From an uncultured Bacillota bacterium (GTDB lineage Bacteria; Bacillota; Limnochordia; Limnochordales; ZCTH02-B6): DNA of 64,000 nucleotides. The stretch spans positions 67,218 to 131,217 of the forward strand of contig CALJUZ010000106.1 in assembly GCA_937975235.1 (NCBI GenBank), written 5' to 3'. The notes beneath the pieces were generated by a model that did not search any database, was not told the origin of the DNA, and was given only the letters and a program-made list of their open reading frames with translations. Below, one piece after another: positions 1 through 9,698 of this stretch. Position 1 is the stretch's first letter. Each line of letters opens with the position of its first letter. The translations under genes and the position numbers were made by a program.

Positions 1-1174
1 AGAACTTGCCGAAAAAGCCGGCGGTGGGCGGAATGCCGATAAAGCTCAGCATGAACACCGTCAAGGTAAGGGCCAGCAACGGCGCCCGCCGGCCCAGGCC
101 CCGGTAGTCCGCGATGTCCTCGGCCGGATGGTAGCGGCCCAGCAGGATGACCACGGCGAACGCGCCGATGGTGGCGAACGCGTAGGCGATCAGATAGTAG
201 ATCATCGCCGACACGGCCCGCTCCGACGCCACCGCGAGCCCCACCATCACGTAGCCCGCCTGGGCCACCGCGGAGTAGGCCAGCATGCGGCGCATGTTCG
301 TCTGCACGATGGCCGTCACGTTGCCGAAGGTCATGGTAATGACGGCCAGCGCGACGAAGACGGTGGTCCAGTGCTCCTGAATGGCCGGCAGGCCCACCAG
401 GAAAATGCGCAGCGCCGCGGCGAAGGCCGCCGCCTCGCTGGCGGTAATCAAAAACGCGGCCACGGGCGCCGGCGCGCCGTGGTAGACGTCGGGCGCCCAC
501 ATGTGGAAGGGCACCGCGGCCATCTTCACGCCCAGGCCCGCGACCAGGAACACCATGCCCGCCAAGAGCACCGGCAGCATAGGCGTGCCGCCCGCCAGCG
601 CGGCGTTGATCTCCGCCAGGTGGACGCTGCCGGCGACGCCGAACACCAGCGACATGCCGAACAGGATGACGCCGCTGGAGATGGCGCCGATGAGAATGTA
701 CTTCAGCGACGCCTCCGTCGACTTCGCGCTGCCCCGGAGCATGCCGGTCAGCGCGTACGACGCCAGCGCCAGACACTCAAGGCCGATGTAAATCGTAATC
801 AGGTTGAGCGAGCCGGCCATGAACATCATGCCGACGGTCGCCAACAGCACCAGCAGGTGGAACTCTCCCGCAGGCAGGCCGTTCCGCTCGATGTAGTCGA
901 AGGAAACCAGCGCGATGAGGGCCGCGATGCCGAGAAAGACGGCCTTGAACAGGGTGGAAAACCCGTCCACCAGCACCGTGCCGCTCCAAATCTGCGTGGT
1001 TTCGCCTGCGACTTCAGCCAAGAGGAAGTACGCCGCCGCCGCCAAGCCCAGCAGCGAAACGAAGCCGGGCAGGCGCGAACGCCTGGAGACGAGTCCCGCC
1101 GTCAGCGCCAGAAGGCCGGTCCCGGCCACGATGATTTCCGGAAGAATCAGCCTGAGGCTGCCATCGACGGGCAT
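1..1174 (-). CDS. nuoN: NADH-quinone oxidoreductase subunit N, N-terminal ~390 codons (3' end lies beyond the left window edge)
   Basis: Not in the ORF track because there is no stop in the window. Translating the minus strand from ATG at 1174 gives MPVDGSLRLILPEIIVAGTGLLALTAG...KMAAVPFHMWAPDVYHGAPAPVAAFL...MLAYSAVAQAGYV, the ND2/NuoN pattern. GGGAGG lies ~11 nt upstream. It directly follows nuoM. Confidence 0.85.
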   Translation of the reverse strand, partial: MPVDGSLRLILPEIIVAGTGLLALTAGLVSRRSRLPGFVSLLGLAAAAYFLLAEVAGETTQIWSGTVLVDGFSTLFKAVFLGIAALIALVSFDYIERNGLPAGEFHLLVLLATVGMMFMAGSLNLITIYIGLECLALASYALTGMLRGSAKSTEASLKYILIGAISSGVILFGMSLVFGVAGSVHLAEINAALAGGTPMLPVLLAGMVFLVAGLGVKMAAVPFHMWAPDVYHGAPAPVAAFLITASEAAAFAAALRIFLVGLPAIQEHWTTVFVALAVITMTFGNVTAIVQTNMRRMLAYSAVAQAGYVMVGLAVASERAVSAMIYYLIAYAFATIGAFAVVILLGRYHPAEDIADYRGLGRRAPLLALTLTVFMLSFIGIPPTAGFFGKF

Positions 1175-1178
1175 CGGC

Positions 1179-2645
1179 TCACATACCTCCCAACCTGGCC
1201 GCCAGCACCGCGAGAGGCTCGTTGAACAGGTTCAGGGCGATGCCCGGCAGCACTCCGAGCAGCAGCACCAGGGCCATCAAGGGCGCCGCCACCAGCACTT
1301 CGCGTCCGACCAGATCTTTCTGCACCGCCAGCGCGACGGGCTGTCCCATGAGCACCCGCTGCATCATCCAGAGATGATACCCCGCGGTGACGGCCAGGCC
1401 CAGTGCGCCGATGATGACGAAGGCGGTGAACACCGGAAACGCCCCGGCGAAGGTGAAGAACTCGCCCGGGAAGCCCGCCAGGCCCGGCAGGCCCAGGTTC
1501 GCAAACGCGGTGAACGCGGTCACCGCGCCCACCAGCGGGGCCGACGAGAAGACGCCGCCCATCTGGTCCATCATGCGCGTGCCGGTCCGCTCGTAAATGA
1601 CGTTGCCCACCATGAAGAAGAACAGCGGCGAGATGAGCCCGTGGGACACGTTGACGAACATCGCGCCGTTGAGCGCCATGGGCGTCATGGCCGCCAGGCC
1701 CAGCACCACGTAGCCCATGTGGCTGACCGACGAGTAGGCCACCATCTTCTTGACGTCCTTCTGCGCCATGGCGGCCAGGGCCCCATACACGATGCCGATG
1801 ATGCCCAGCGTGGCCAGCACCGGCGAGAAGGCCTTGGCCGCGTCGGGGAAGGTGGGCAGCATGAAGCGGAAGAAGCCGTACGTGCCCATCTTCAGCAACA
1901 CGCCGGCCAGAATCATGGAGCCGCCCGTGGGCGCCTCCACGTGCGCGTCAGGCAGCCACGTGTGGAAGGGGAAAATCGGCACCTTCACGGCGAAGCCCGC
2001 AAAGAACGCCAGGAACACCCACCACTGCAGCGTCGGCGACAAATTGGCCTGCTCGGCCAGCACCAGCACGTCGAAGGTGCGCGGCTCCAGGCCCGAGCCG
2101 AAGTACAGGGCCAGGATGCCCACCAGCATGATGGCGCTGCCCACCAGCGTGTAGATGAAGAACTTCATGGCCGCGTACTCGCGCCGCTCGCCGCCCCAAA
2201 TGCCGATGATGAAGTACATCGGCACCAGACTGACCTCGAAGAAGATGAAGAACAGGAAGTAGTCGAGGGCCAGGAACACGCCGTAAATACCCGTCTGCAG
2301 GACGAGCATCCACACGAAAAACTCCTTGACCCGGTGCTCGATGTTGAACGACGCCAAGATGGCCAGCGGCAGAACCACGGCCGCCACGGCGATGAGCGGG
2401 AAGCTGATCCCGTCCACGCCCAGCTGATACGTGATGCCCAGGCTGGGAATCCACTCGGCCCGTTCCAGCAGCTGGATGCCGGGCAGCGAAAAGTCCAGCT
2501 GCCGCCAGACGGCCAACACCAGCGCCAACGGGATCAAGGACACGATAAGGGCGAACGACTTGATCTCGCGCGTCCTCTCTTTGGGAAAGAACGCGACCAG
2601 AAGCCCACCCAAGAGAGGAATGAAGAGCAGTGCACTGAGCAGCAT
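1179..2645 (-). CDS. nuoM: NADH-quinone oxidoreductase subunit M
   Basis: 488-aa polytopic ORF. FFIFFEVSLVPMYFIIGIWGG and HTWLPDAHVEAPTGGSMILAGVLLKMG are ND4/NuoM hallmarks. It lies between nuoL and nuoN. Confidence 0.95.
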   Translation of the reverse strand: MLLSALLFIPLLGGLLVAFFPKERTREIKSFALIVSLIPLALVLAVWRQLDFSLPGIQLLERAEWIPSLGITYQLGVDGISFPLIAVAAVVLPLAILASFNIEHRVKEFFVWMLVLQTGIYGVFLALDYFLFFIFFEVSLVPMYFIIGIWGGERREYAAMKFFIYTLVGSAIMLVGILALYFGSGLEPRTFDVLVLAEQANLSPTLQWWVFLAFFAGFAVKVPIFPFHTWLPDAHVEAPTGGSMILAGVLLKMGTYGFFRFMLPTFPDAAKAFSPVLATLGIIGIVYGALAAMAQKDVKKMVAYSSVSHMGYVVLGLAAMTPMALNGAMFVNVSHGLISPLFFFMVGNVIYERTGTRMMDQMGGVFSSAPLVGAVTAFTAFANLGLPGLAGFPGEFFTFAGAFPVFTAFVIIGALGLAVTAGYHLWMMQRVLMGQPVALAVQKDLVGREVLVAAPLMALVLLLGVLPGIALNLFNEPLAVLAARLGGM

Positions 2646-2649
2646 CGCG

Positions 2650-4560
2650 TTATCCTCCTATAACCAGGATTACCAGCCCGGCCACCAGGCCAAGGAACAG
2701 CACCAGCGCATACGACTGAAACAACCCCGTCTGGACCCGGCGGAACAGCCGGCTGCCGACGACGAAGGCTCCGGCGATGCCGTTGACCGCGCCGTCCACG
2801 ACGCCCAGGTCAAACTCGCCGATAAACCCGCTCAGCTTGCGCGTCGCCCACGCGACGCCGTTGACGATGCCGTCCACGATGGTGCGATCGATCCAGGCCA
2901 TCACCATGGCCAGTCCGATGGTGCCGCGGACAAACACCAGGTTGTAGAGGTCATCGATGTAGTAGCGCCGCTTCAGCAGCATCCAAATCGGATAAAACGC
3001 CTGGATAAGCCTGCGGCGGGAGACGAGGTTGAACTTGTAAATCGCCAGCGCCAACAGCACCCCGGCCACCCACACGACGGTGGCCACGCCGAACACGAAC
3101 GTGTTGAACTCGGCCCGGTGGGGATGCCCGTAATAGACCAGGTCGGCGAAGGGACCGGCCAAAAAGCCCGTGACGGCCGCCAGCGCGCCCAGGATGATGA
3201 GCGGATACGTCATCACCATGCCGCCTTCGTGGGCTTTCTCGTACGCGGCGCGATCGCGCGGCGCGCCGAAGAACGTCAGGTAGGTCGCGCGCGTCGTGTA
3301 GAAGGCCGTCAGAGCAGCCGCCGCGACCAGCACCCAGAAAATGGCCGGGTTGGCGGCGTACGCGTCAATCAGAATTTCTTCCTTGCTGAAGAAGCCCGAA
3401 AGGGGAGGGATGCCGATCAGCGCCCCCGCGCCGATGAGCCACGTCCAGCCGGTAATGGGCAGCTTCTTGAACAGCCCGCCCATCTCGTGCATGTTCTGCG
3501 TGCCCGTGGCGTGGATGACGGAACCTGACGCCAGGAACAGCAGCGCCTTGAAAAACGCGTGGGTCATCAGGTGGAACATGGCCGCGGTGTAGCCGCCCAC
3601 GCCCAGCGCCGCCACCATGAAGCCCAGCTGCGAAATGGTGGAGTAGGCCAGGACGCGCTTGATGTCCTCCATCACCACGCCGATGGTCGCTGCGAACAAG
3701 GCGGTAATCGCGCCGATCCAGGCCACCACGCTCATGGCCGCGTCGGACGGCTCGAAAATGCCGAAGGCACGGGCCACCAAGTACACGCCCGCGGCCACCA
3801 TGGTGGCCGCGTGAATGAGCGCGCTGGCCGGCGTCGGGCCCGCCATCGCGTCGGGCAGCCACACGTGCAGCGGGAACTGCGCCGACTTGCCCACGGCGCC
3901 GGCGAAGAGGAGAATCGCGCCCGCGGCCAGGGCCCAGCCGGCCACGTCGCCCGCGGCCACGGCCGCGGCGATTTCGTCAAACCGGAAGGAGCCCGCCTGC
4001 GAGAACAGCAGCATGATGCCGATGAACATGCCGACGTCGCCGACGCGGGTGGTCAGAAACGCCTTGTTGGCGGCACGCACGTTGTCCAGATCTTCGTACC
4101 AGTGGCCGATGAGCAGGAACGAGCACAGACCGACCAGCTCCCAGAAAATGAACAGGAGCAGCAAATTGTCGGCCAGCACCAGCCCCAGCATGCTGAACGT
4201 GAACAGCGACAGCACGCCGTAGTAGCGCTGGTAGCGCACGTCGCCCTTCATGTACTCCAGCGAGAAGACGTGCACCATGAGGCTGACCAGCGTGACGACC
4301 ACCAGCATCACCGCGCCGATGCCGCCCACTTCCCACCCCATGCGGAGCACCAAGTCCCCGTGGATGGCCCAGGTGACGCTGCCGGCGGCGGTTCCGCCGT
4401 TCATGACGCCCACCAGGACGCCTACGGAGAGAACGAATGCCATGCTGATGGCGGCGATGCCGATCCGGTCGCCCTGACCGGGCAGCCGCTTGCCGAGAAA
4501 CGCGATGACGACCGCGGCCGCCAGCGGAAGCAAGGGTATGAGCCATGCCAGTTCTACCAT
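2650..4560 (-). CDS. nuoL: NADH-quinone oxidoreductase subunit L
   Basis: 636-aa polytopic ORF. HVWLPDAMAGPTPASALIHAATMVAAGVYL and a long C-terminal extension are typical of ND5/NuoL. Confidence 0.95.
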   Translation of the reverse strand: MVELAWLIPLLPLAAAVVIAFLGKRLPGQGDRIGIAAISMAFVLSVGVLVGVMNGGTAAGSVTWAIHGDLVLRMGWEVGGIGAVMLVVVTLVSLMVHVFSLEYMKGDVRYQRYYGVLSLFTFSMLGLVLADNLLLLFIFWELVGLCSFLLIGHWYEDLDNVRAANKAFLTTRVGDVGMFIGIMLLFSQAGSFRFDEIAAAVAAGDVAGWALAAGAILLFAGAVGKSAQFPLHVWLPDAMAGPTPASALIHAATMVAAGVYLVARAFGIFEPSDAAMSVVAWIGAITALFAATIGVVMEDIKRVLAYSTISQLGFMVAALGVGGYTAAMFHLMTHAFFKALLFLASGSVIHATGTQNMHEMGGLFKKLPITGWTWLIGAGALIGIPPLSGFFSKEEILIDAYAANPAIFWVLVAAAALTAFYTTRATYLTFFGAPRDRAAYEKAHEGGMVMTYPLIILGALAAVTGFLAGPFADLVYYGHPHRAEFNTFVFGVATVVWVAGVLLALAIYKFNLVSRRRLIQAFYPIWMLLKRRYYIDDLYNLVFVRGTIGLAMVMAWIDRTIVDGIVNGVAWATRKLSGFIGEFDLGVVDGAVNGIAGAFVVGSRLFRRVQTGLFQSYALVLFLGLVAGLVILVIGG

Positions 4561-4612
4561 GCCGTTGCCACCTTCCGTAGCCTAACGCGGGGCTTGTCCG
4601 TCGCTTCGCCGG

Positions 4613-4924
4613 TTACCACCGCAGCAAGTTCACCTGTTCGATGTCGATGTGCTTCTCCCGCTTGGCCAGCAGCAGGATGATGGCCAGCGCCAGGGCCACC
4701 TCGGCCGCGGAGACGGTCATGATGAACAGCGCGAAAACCTGCCCGGCAGCCGCCGCGCCCTCCAAATAGTAGGCGAACGCTACGAGATTGATGTTGACCG
4801 CGTTCAGCATGAGCTCGATGCCCATCAGGATGCGAATCGCGTTGCGCTGCGAAAGGGCGCCGTACAGCCCGATGCCGAACAAGGCCGCGGCCAGCATCAA
4901 AGGGTACGACAGCGGAATGCTCAT
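4613..4924 (-). CDS. nuoK: NADH-quinone oxidoreductase subunit K
   Basis: The in-frame ATG at 4924 gives a 103-aa three-helix protein (MSIPLSYPLMLAAALFGIGLYG...) of ND4L/NuoK type. The upstream part of the tracked ORF overlaps nuoJ and is discounted. Confidence 0.9.
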   Translation of the reverse strand: MSIPLSYPLMLAAALFGIGLYGALSQRNAIRILMGIELMLNAVNINLVAFAYYLEGAAAAGQVFALFIMTVSAAEVALALAIILLLAKREKHIDIEQVNLLRW

Positions 4925-4925
4925 C

Positions 4926-5477
4926 TCAGCCCTGCTCCCTTCGACCGTTGTCGCGCACGGCGATGACGATGGCGCCGATGAGCGCGATAAGCAGCAGCAC
5001 GGCCGCGAGCTCAAACGGAATGATGAAGTCCGTGAACAGCGCCCGGCCGATCATGCGCACCGTGTCGCCGCCCAGGCCCGCCGGAGCGTCGGGCCAGCTG
5101 ACCTGGCTGTAAACGACCACCATGACGCCCACGAAGGCCAGCACCGCCAGGGCGGGGAGGACGATGCGCCGGAAGAGCGACGCGTCGTCCCGCCGCACGG
5201 GCAGGGGCGCCGCTCCCCGGCCCCGCACCTCGGCCGCCTCGGACAGCATGATGCCGAACAAGATGATGGTCGTAATGGCCCCGACGTAAATCAGCACCTG
5301 CGCGGCCGCCAGAAACTCGGCGCCCATGAGCAGGAACACCCCGGCCAGCATCAGGAACGTCAGACCCAGCCACAAGGCGGCGTGCATAATCTTCGCGGCC
5401 GTCACGACGCGGAACGCCGAGACGACGGCGATGGCCGATACGACGATGAATGCCACGCGAGTCGGATCGAAATCCAT
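4926..5477 (-). CDS. nuoJ: NADH-quinone oxidoreductase subunit J
   Basis: 183-aa hydrophobic ORF of ND6/NuoJ type (LMGAEFLAAAQVLIYVGAI). Its start overlaps the nuoI stop (TGATG). Confidence 0.9.
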   Translation of the reverse strand: MDFDPTRVAFIVVSAIAVVSAFRVVTAAKIMHAALWLGLTFLMLAGVFLLMGAEFLAAAQVLIYVGAITTIILFGIMLSEAAEVRGRGAAPLPVRRDDASLFRRIVLPALAVLAFVGVMVVVYSQVSWPDAPAGLGGDTVRMIGRALFTDFIIPFELAAVLLLIALIGAIVIAVRDNGRREQG

Positions 5478-5989
5478 CAGCGCGGGTCACCCCCGCCGGT
5501 CTTGATGCCGAAGTTTTGCGTTTCTCTAATGTTGACGGTCGGCGTGATGGCGCGCCGGCCGATCTCCGCCAGCTGCTCCTTCGTGTACACGAGGCTGGGC
5601 ATGTCATACGAAGCCAGCTCGAAGTGGTCCGACATGGCCAACGCGTCGAACGGGCACGCCTCGACGCACAGGCCGCAGTACATGCACCACGTCGAGTCCA
5701 GGTTGAACACGTCCACCACTTTGCGCCGCGTTTCCGGGTCCCGGTGGTCCTGAATTTCGATGCAATCCACCGGGCAAGCCCGGGCGCACAGCTGGCACGA
5801 GACGCACTTCAGGTTGCCTTCATCGTCCGACAGAAGCACGGGCAGGCCGCGGAAGCCCAGCGGCACGTCCAGCTGCTGCTCCGGGTACTCGATCGTCACC
5901 GTCGGGCTGAAAAAGTTGCGGATAGTGATGCCCATGCCGATGAGGGCCGTCCGCAGCGCGTTCAGGAAGGTCAACAAGCCTTGCCACAT
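5477..5989 (-). CDS. nuoI: NADH-quinone oxidoreductase subunit I (2x[4Fe-4S])
   Basis: 170 aa with two ferredoxin-type motifs, CVSCQLCARACP and CMYCGLCVEACP. Confidence 0.95.
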   Translation of the reverse strand: MWQGLLTFLNALRTALIGMGITIRNFFSPTVTIEYPEQQLDVPLGFRGLPVLLSDDEGNLKCVSCQLCARACPVDCIEIQDHRDPETRRKVVDVFNLDSTWCMYCGLCVEACPFDALAMSDHFELASYDMPSLVYTKEQLAEIGRRAITPTVNIRETQNFGIKTGGGDPR

Positions 5990-6034
5990 CCTGCTAACAC
6001 CTCACTTTGGCCGACGGGCCGGGCCCGGCGGTAA

Positions 6035-7036
6035 TCAGCCTCGCCACAGCACGTACAGACCCGTCCAGCCCAGGTTGATGAGGGCCAGCGGGATGAGCAC
6101 GTACCAACCCAGGTTCATCAAGTGGTCGATACGAATGCGAGGCAGCGTCCACCCAATCCACATGGTCACGAAAATGACCGCGTACGTCTTGATGAAGAAC
6201 CAGACGATGGGCGGGAGGAACGGCCCGGAGGGACCGCCCAGGAAGAACGTGGTCGCCAGGGCCGAGAACACGATCAAGTTGGCGTACTCGGCCAGGAAGA
6301 ACACCGCCCAGCGGAAGCCGCTGTACTCGGTGTTGTAGCCGGCCACCAGCTCGCTTTCGCCTTCCGGCAGGTCGAAGGGCTTGCGGTTGGCCTCGGCCAT
6401 GCCGGCCACGACGAACACGATGAAGCCGATGATCTGCGGGAAGACGAACCAGTTCTGAATGCCGCCCTGCTGGGCCGCGACCACGTCGCCCAGCCGCAGC
6501 GAGCCCGCCATCATGCCCACGGCCACCAGCGTCAGCACCAGCGGAATCTCATAGCTCACCAGCTGCGCCGCGGAGCGCATGGAGCCGATGAGAGACCACT
6601 TGTTGTTGGACGACCAGCCGGCCATCAGAAAGGCCAGCACGTTGATGCCGGTGACGGCGGCCAGGTAGATGAGGCCGATATTCAGATCCTGCACGACCAG
6701 ATTCGGTCCGAAGGGAATAACGACCCACAGCGCCACCGACGCCGCGAAAATGACCAGGGGCGCCAGGATATAGACGGCTTTGTCGGCCCCGCTGGGGACC
6801 ACGTCCTCTTTGGAGACCAGCTTGATGGCGTCCGCAAACGTCTGGAACATGCCGCCGGGGCCGAGCCGGTTGGGCCCGGGGCGGTTCTGGATGCGGCCGG
6901 CCACTTTCCGCTCCATCAGCACGAGAATCAGCGCGCTGACGGCGAGGAAGACGATGATGATGAGAGACTTCAGCACGCCCATGATGATGTTGGCCAGCGA
7001 CTGGCTCATGCCGGTGCCGAGCAGCCATTCGTACAT
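6035..7036 (-). CDS. nuoH: NADH-quinone oxidoreductase subunit H
   Basis: 333 aa. LMERKVAGRIQNRPGPNRLGP plus multiple TM helices indicate ND1/NuoH. Confidence 0.95.
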   Translation of the reverse strand: MYEWLLGTGMSQSLANIIMGVLKSLIIIVFLAVSALILVLMERKVAGRIQNRPGPNRLGPGGMFQTFADAIKLVSKEDVVPSGADKAVYILAPLVIFAASVALWVVIPFGPNLVVQDLNIGLIYLAAVTGINVLAFLMAGWSSNNKWSLIGSMRSAAQLVSYEIPLVLTLVAVGMMAGSLRLGDVVAAQQGGIQNWFVFPQIIGFIVFVVAGMAEANRKPFDLPEGESELVAGYNTEYSGFRWAVFFLAEYANLIVFSALATTFFLGGPSGPFLPPIVWFFIKTYAVIFVTMWIGWTLPRIRIDHLMNLGWYVLIPLALINLGWTGLYVLWRG

Positions 7037-8173
7037 TTACCGGTCCACCTCGCCCATCACGATGTCGATGCTGCCGATGACGGCCACCATGTCCGCCACC
7101 AGGCCGCCCACGCCCAAGGGCCCCAGCAGCTGCAGGTGCGTGAAGCACGGGGAGCGGTAGTGCACCCGCCACGCGTTTTCCTCGCCGCGGCCGACGATGT
7201 ACACGCCCACCTCGCCGCGCGGCGACTCCACGCGGGCGTACGCGTCGCCCTCCAGGCGCATGCGGCGGGGGACCTTGCCGATGAAATCGCCGGCCGGAAT
7301 CTGGTCCAGGGCTTGGCGGACGATGCCGATGGATTCGTAGAACTCCTGCATCCGCACGAGATAGCGCGAGTACACGTCGCCGTCCTTGCCGATGGGGATG
7401 CCGAAGTCGAAACGATGGTAGACGCTGTACGGATGCGCCTTGCGCACGTCGTAGGGCACGCCCGAGCCGCGGATGACCGGCCCGCTGGCGCCGTATTTGA
7501 TGGCGTCTTCCGCGCTCAGCACGCCGATGCCCTTGACACGCGACTCGAAAATGCGGTTGCCGGTGAACAGGGTGTGATACTCGTGCAGTCTGTCTTCCAG
7601 GTCGTCCAGGAAGCGGCGCACGTCGTCGGCGAACCCGTCGTACAGGTCGTTCCGGGCGCCGCCGATGCGCAGGTAGTTGTACAGCATGCGGGCGCCGGTC
7701 AGCTTCTGGAAAATGTCCAGCAGCTTCTCGCGTTCCCGGAACGCATACAAAAAGACCGTGGTGGCGCCCAGGTCCAGCGCGAACGTGCCGAACCAGATCA
7801 GGTGGCTGGCGATGCGCTGCAGCTCGCCCACGATGACACGAATATACTCCGCTCGTTCGGGAACTTCTACATCCATCAGGCGTTCGGCGGCCATGACGAA
7901 GGCCCATTCGCTGGTAATAGCCGCCAGGTAGTCGGTGCGGTCGGTGTAGGGGATGACCTGGGTGACGGTGCGGCGCTCGGCGATTTTTTCGAAGCAGCGG
8001 TGCAGATAGCCGATGTCCGCCTTGGCGTCGGTCACCACTTCGCCGTCGACTTTCAGCAGAACGCGCAGCACCCCGTGCGTGCTGGGATGCTGCGGACCCA
8101 TGTTGATAAACAGTTCCTGCTCGGCCGGCACGCCGAGCTGCTGTTCGCCCAGCACATCAGACGTCTTCGCCAA
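7037..8173 (-). CDS. nuoD: NADH-quinone oxidoreductase subunit D (49 kDa)
   Basis: 378 aa. It has NMGPQHPSTHGVLR near the N-terminus and ends DIVMGEVDR. It is followed directly by nuoH with no nuoE/F/G between them. Confidence 0.95.
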   Translation of the reverse strand: MAKTSDVLGEQQLGVPAEQELFINMGPQHPSTHGVLRVLLKVDGEVVTDAKADIGYLHRCFEKIAERRTVTQVIPYTDRTDYLAAITSEWAFVMAAERLMDVEVPERAEYIRVIVGELQRIASHLIWFGTFALDLGATTVFLYAFREREKLLDIFQKLTGARMLYNYLRIGGARNDLYDGFADDVRRFLDDLEDRLHEYHTLFTGNRIFESRVKGIGVLSAEDAIKYGASGPVIRGSGVPYDVRKAHPYSVYHRFDFGIPIGKDGDVYSRYLVRMQEFYESIGIVRQALDQIPAGDFIGKVPRRMRLEGDAYARVESPRGEVGVYIVGRGEENAWRVHYRSPCFTHLQLLGPLGVGGLVADMVAVIGSIDIVMGEVDR

Positions 8174-8215
8174 CGTCGTTCACTCCTATCAGGCGACGCT
8201 ACCGTGGACGCCGTA

Positions 8216-8785
8216 CTACCGCCAGCTCCCGGGAGCCTTCTCCACGACCCGCGGGCGGGGCGGACGCCGGTCCACGTAGTCTTTGCGCAGCGGATGGCCG
8301 ACCCAGTCCTCGCGCAGCAAAATGCGCCGCAAATCCGGATGGCCTTCAAAGACCACCCCCATCAAGTCGTAAACCTCACGCTCGTGGAAATTGGCCGTCG
8401 GCCAAATGTCTACGACCGAAGGGGTGCGGGCGTCGTCGCGCGGCACGTTGATCTTGACGCACAGCCGCCGGTGGGTGCGGTCGGCCCGCAGCCCGATGGA
8501 GATCAGATGATAGACGACCTGGAATCCTTTGTCCTCGTAGTCGACGGCGGTCACGTCGCTCAAGTAGTCGAATTCCAAACCGCGCGTGTCCCTGAGGAAC
8601 CGGAAAAACTCCGGCGACTGCTGCCGGTCCACCACGACCTCGAGCCAGCCGTCGGCCCGCATGGCGGGCGAAAGATCCGGATAGTGCTTGTTCAAAAGGT
8701 CAACCACGGGCTGAATCTCTTCGGGAAAGGTCTGCGCCCCGGCGGTTTCGCCCTCCGGACGCGCCTTGTCTTCACGCTCGGCCAT
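8216..8785 (-). CDS. nuoC: NADH-quinone oxidoreductase subunit C (30 kDa)
   Basis: 189 aa with the [27 protein letters not shown] motif. Its start overlaps the nuoB stop by 14 nt. Confidence 0.9.
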   Translation of the reverse strand: MAEREDKARPEGETAGAQTFPEEIQPVVDLLNKHYPDLSPAMRADGWLEVVVDRQQSPEFFRFLRDTRGLEFDYLSDVTAVDYEDKGFQVVYHLISIGLRADRTHRRLCVKINVPRDDARTPSVVDIWPTANFHEREVYDLMGVVFEGHPDLRRILLREDWVGHPLRKDYVDRRPPRPRVVEKAPGSWR

Positions 8786-9290
8786 GGATGTTCACTCCCG
8801 CCGGTACGACGCCGGGCACCTCGATGCCCTCGCGCATAATCTTTTCCTGCAGCAGGAGCACGCCGTGAAGCAGGGCTTCCGGCCGGGGCGGGCAGCCGGG
8901 AACGTACACGTCCACCGGAATGACTTTGTCCACGCCGTCCACGATGTTGTACTCGCCGTGGTACGGGCCGCCGTTGACGGCGCAGCCGCCCATGGCCAGC
9001 ACCCAGCGGGGCTCGGCCATCTGGTCGTAGAGCACTTTGACGCGATCGGCCATCTTTTCGTTGACGGTGCCGGGCACAATCATCAGATCCGACTGGCGGG
9101 GCGATGCCCGGAAGATCATGCCGAAGCGGTCAAAATCGTAGCGAGAGGCGCCGGTAGCCATCATCTCGATCGCGCAGCAGGCGATACCAAAGAGCATGTA
9201 CCAGAGTGATGACTTGCGGCTCCAGTTGATAAGGCGGCGCAGATTGGTAGTGACGACGCCGGGCAACACTTCGTGGCTGACTACACCCAT
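8772..9290 (-). CDS. nuoB: NADH-quinone oxidoreductase subunit B (N2 cluster subunit)
   Basis: Start chosen at ATG 9290 ([11 protein letters not shown]...). It has the CCAIEMMA and [10 protein letters not shown] cysteine motifs. The longer tracked ORF would overlap most of nuoA. Confidence 0.9.
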   Translation of the reverse strand: MGVVSHEVLPGVVTTNLRRLINWSRKSSLWYMLFGIACCAIEMMATGASRYDFDRFGMIFRASPRQSDLMIVPGTVNEKMADRVKVLYDQMAEPRWVLAMGGCAVNGGPYHGEYNIVDGVDKVIPVDVYVPGCPPRPEALLHGVLLLQEKIMREGIEVPGVVPAGVNIHGRA

Positions 9291-9637
9291 CGAAGAACCC
9301 CTTTCCTCCAAGCGTACACGAGGCCGTCCACCAGCATGACGAGGAAGATCACCATCAACACGTAGGCGTACATGCCCAGCTCCCGCAGCACCACGGCCCA
9401 CGGAAACAGGAAGACGACTTCCACGTCAAAGACGACGAACAGCAGCGCAAAGATGTAGTAGCGGATGTTGTAGGGGACCTGGCCTTCGCCGACGGGGATT
9501 TCGCCGCACTCATAAGGAACGAGCTTTTCAGGATACGGGTTATGGGGGCGAAGGAGTCGTCCGATGGCGAGGGTCAGCAAGACGAAACCTGCACCGGCGA
9601 GAAAAAAGATGACGACGTCAGTGTATGCGGAAAGCAT
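9281..9637 (-). CDS. nuoA: NADH-quinone oxidoreductase subunit A
   Basis: Start chosen at ATG 9637 with GAGGAGGG ~7 nt upstream. It encodes 118 aa with three TM helices and a YECGE motif. Confidence 0.85.
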   Translation of the reverse strand: MLSAYTDVVIFFLAGAGFVLLTLAIGRLLRPHNPYPEKLVPYECGEIPVGEGQVPYNIRYYIFALLFVVFDVEVVFLFPWAVVLRELGMYAYVLMVIFLVMLVDGLVYAWRKGVLRWV

Positions 9638-9668
9638 GGAAACCCTCCTCGTCATCACTCCACAGGCC

Positions 9669-9698
9669 ATTATACGGGTTCAAAAACCGCACTGTCAA
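9669..9698 (-). promoter_or_regulatory. Sigma-A-type promoter candidate for the nuo operon
   Basis: The minus strand reads TTGACA, 18 nt, TATAAT, ending ~31 nt upstream of the nuoA ATG. The -35 hexamer overlaps the stop codon of the upstream lipid-kinase gene. Confidence 0.6.

Noticed and set aside
128-8839. Long plus-strand ORFs across the nuo region (128-1225, 915-2663, 2431-3528, 3559-4680, 6122-8839)
   Set aside because: All are antisense to the well-supported nuo genes. Their products are Arg/His/Gly/Asp-rich with no hydrophobic or catalytic motifs.
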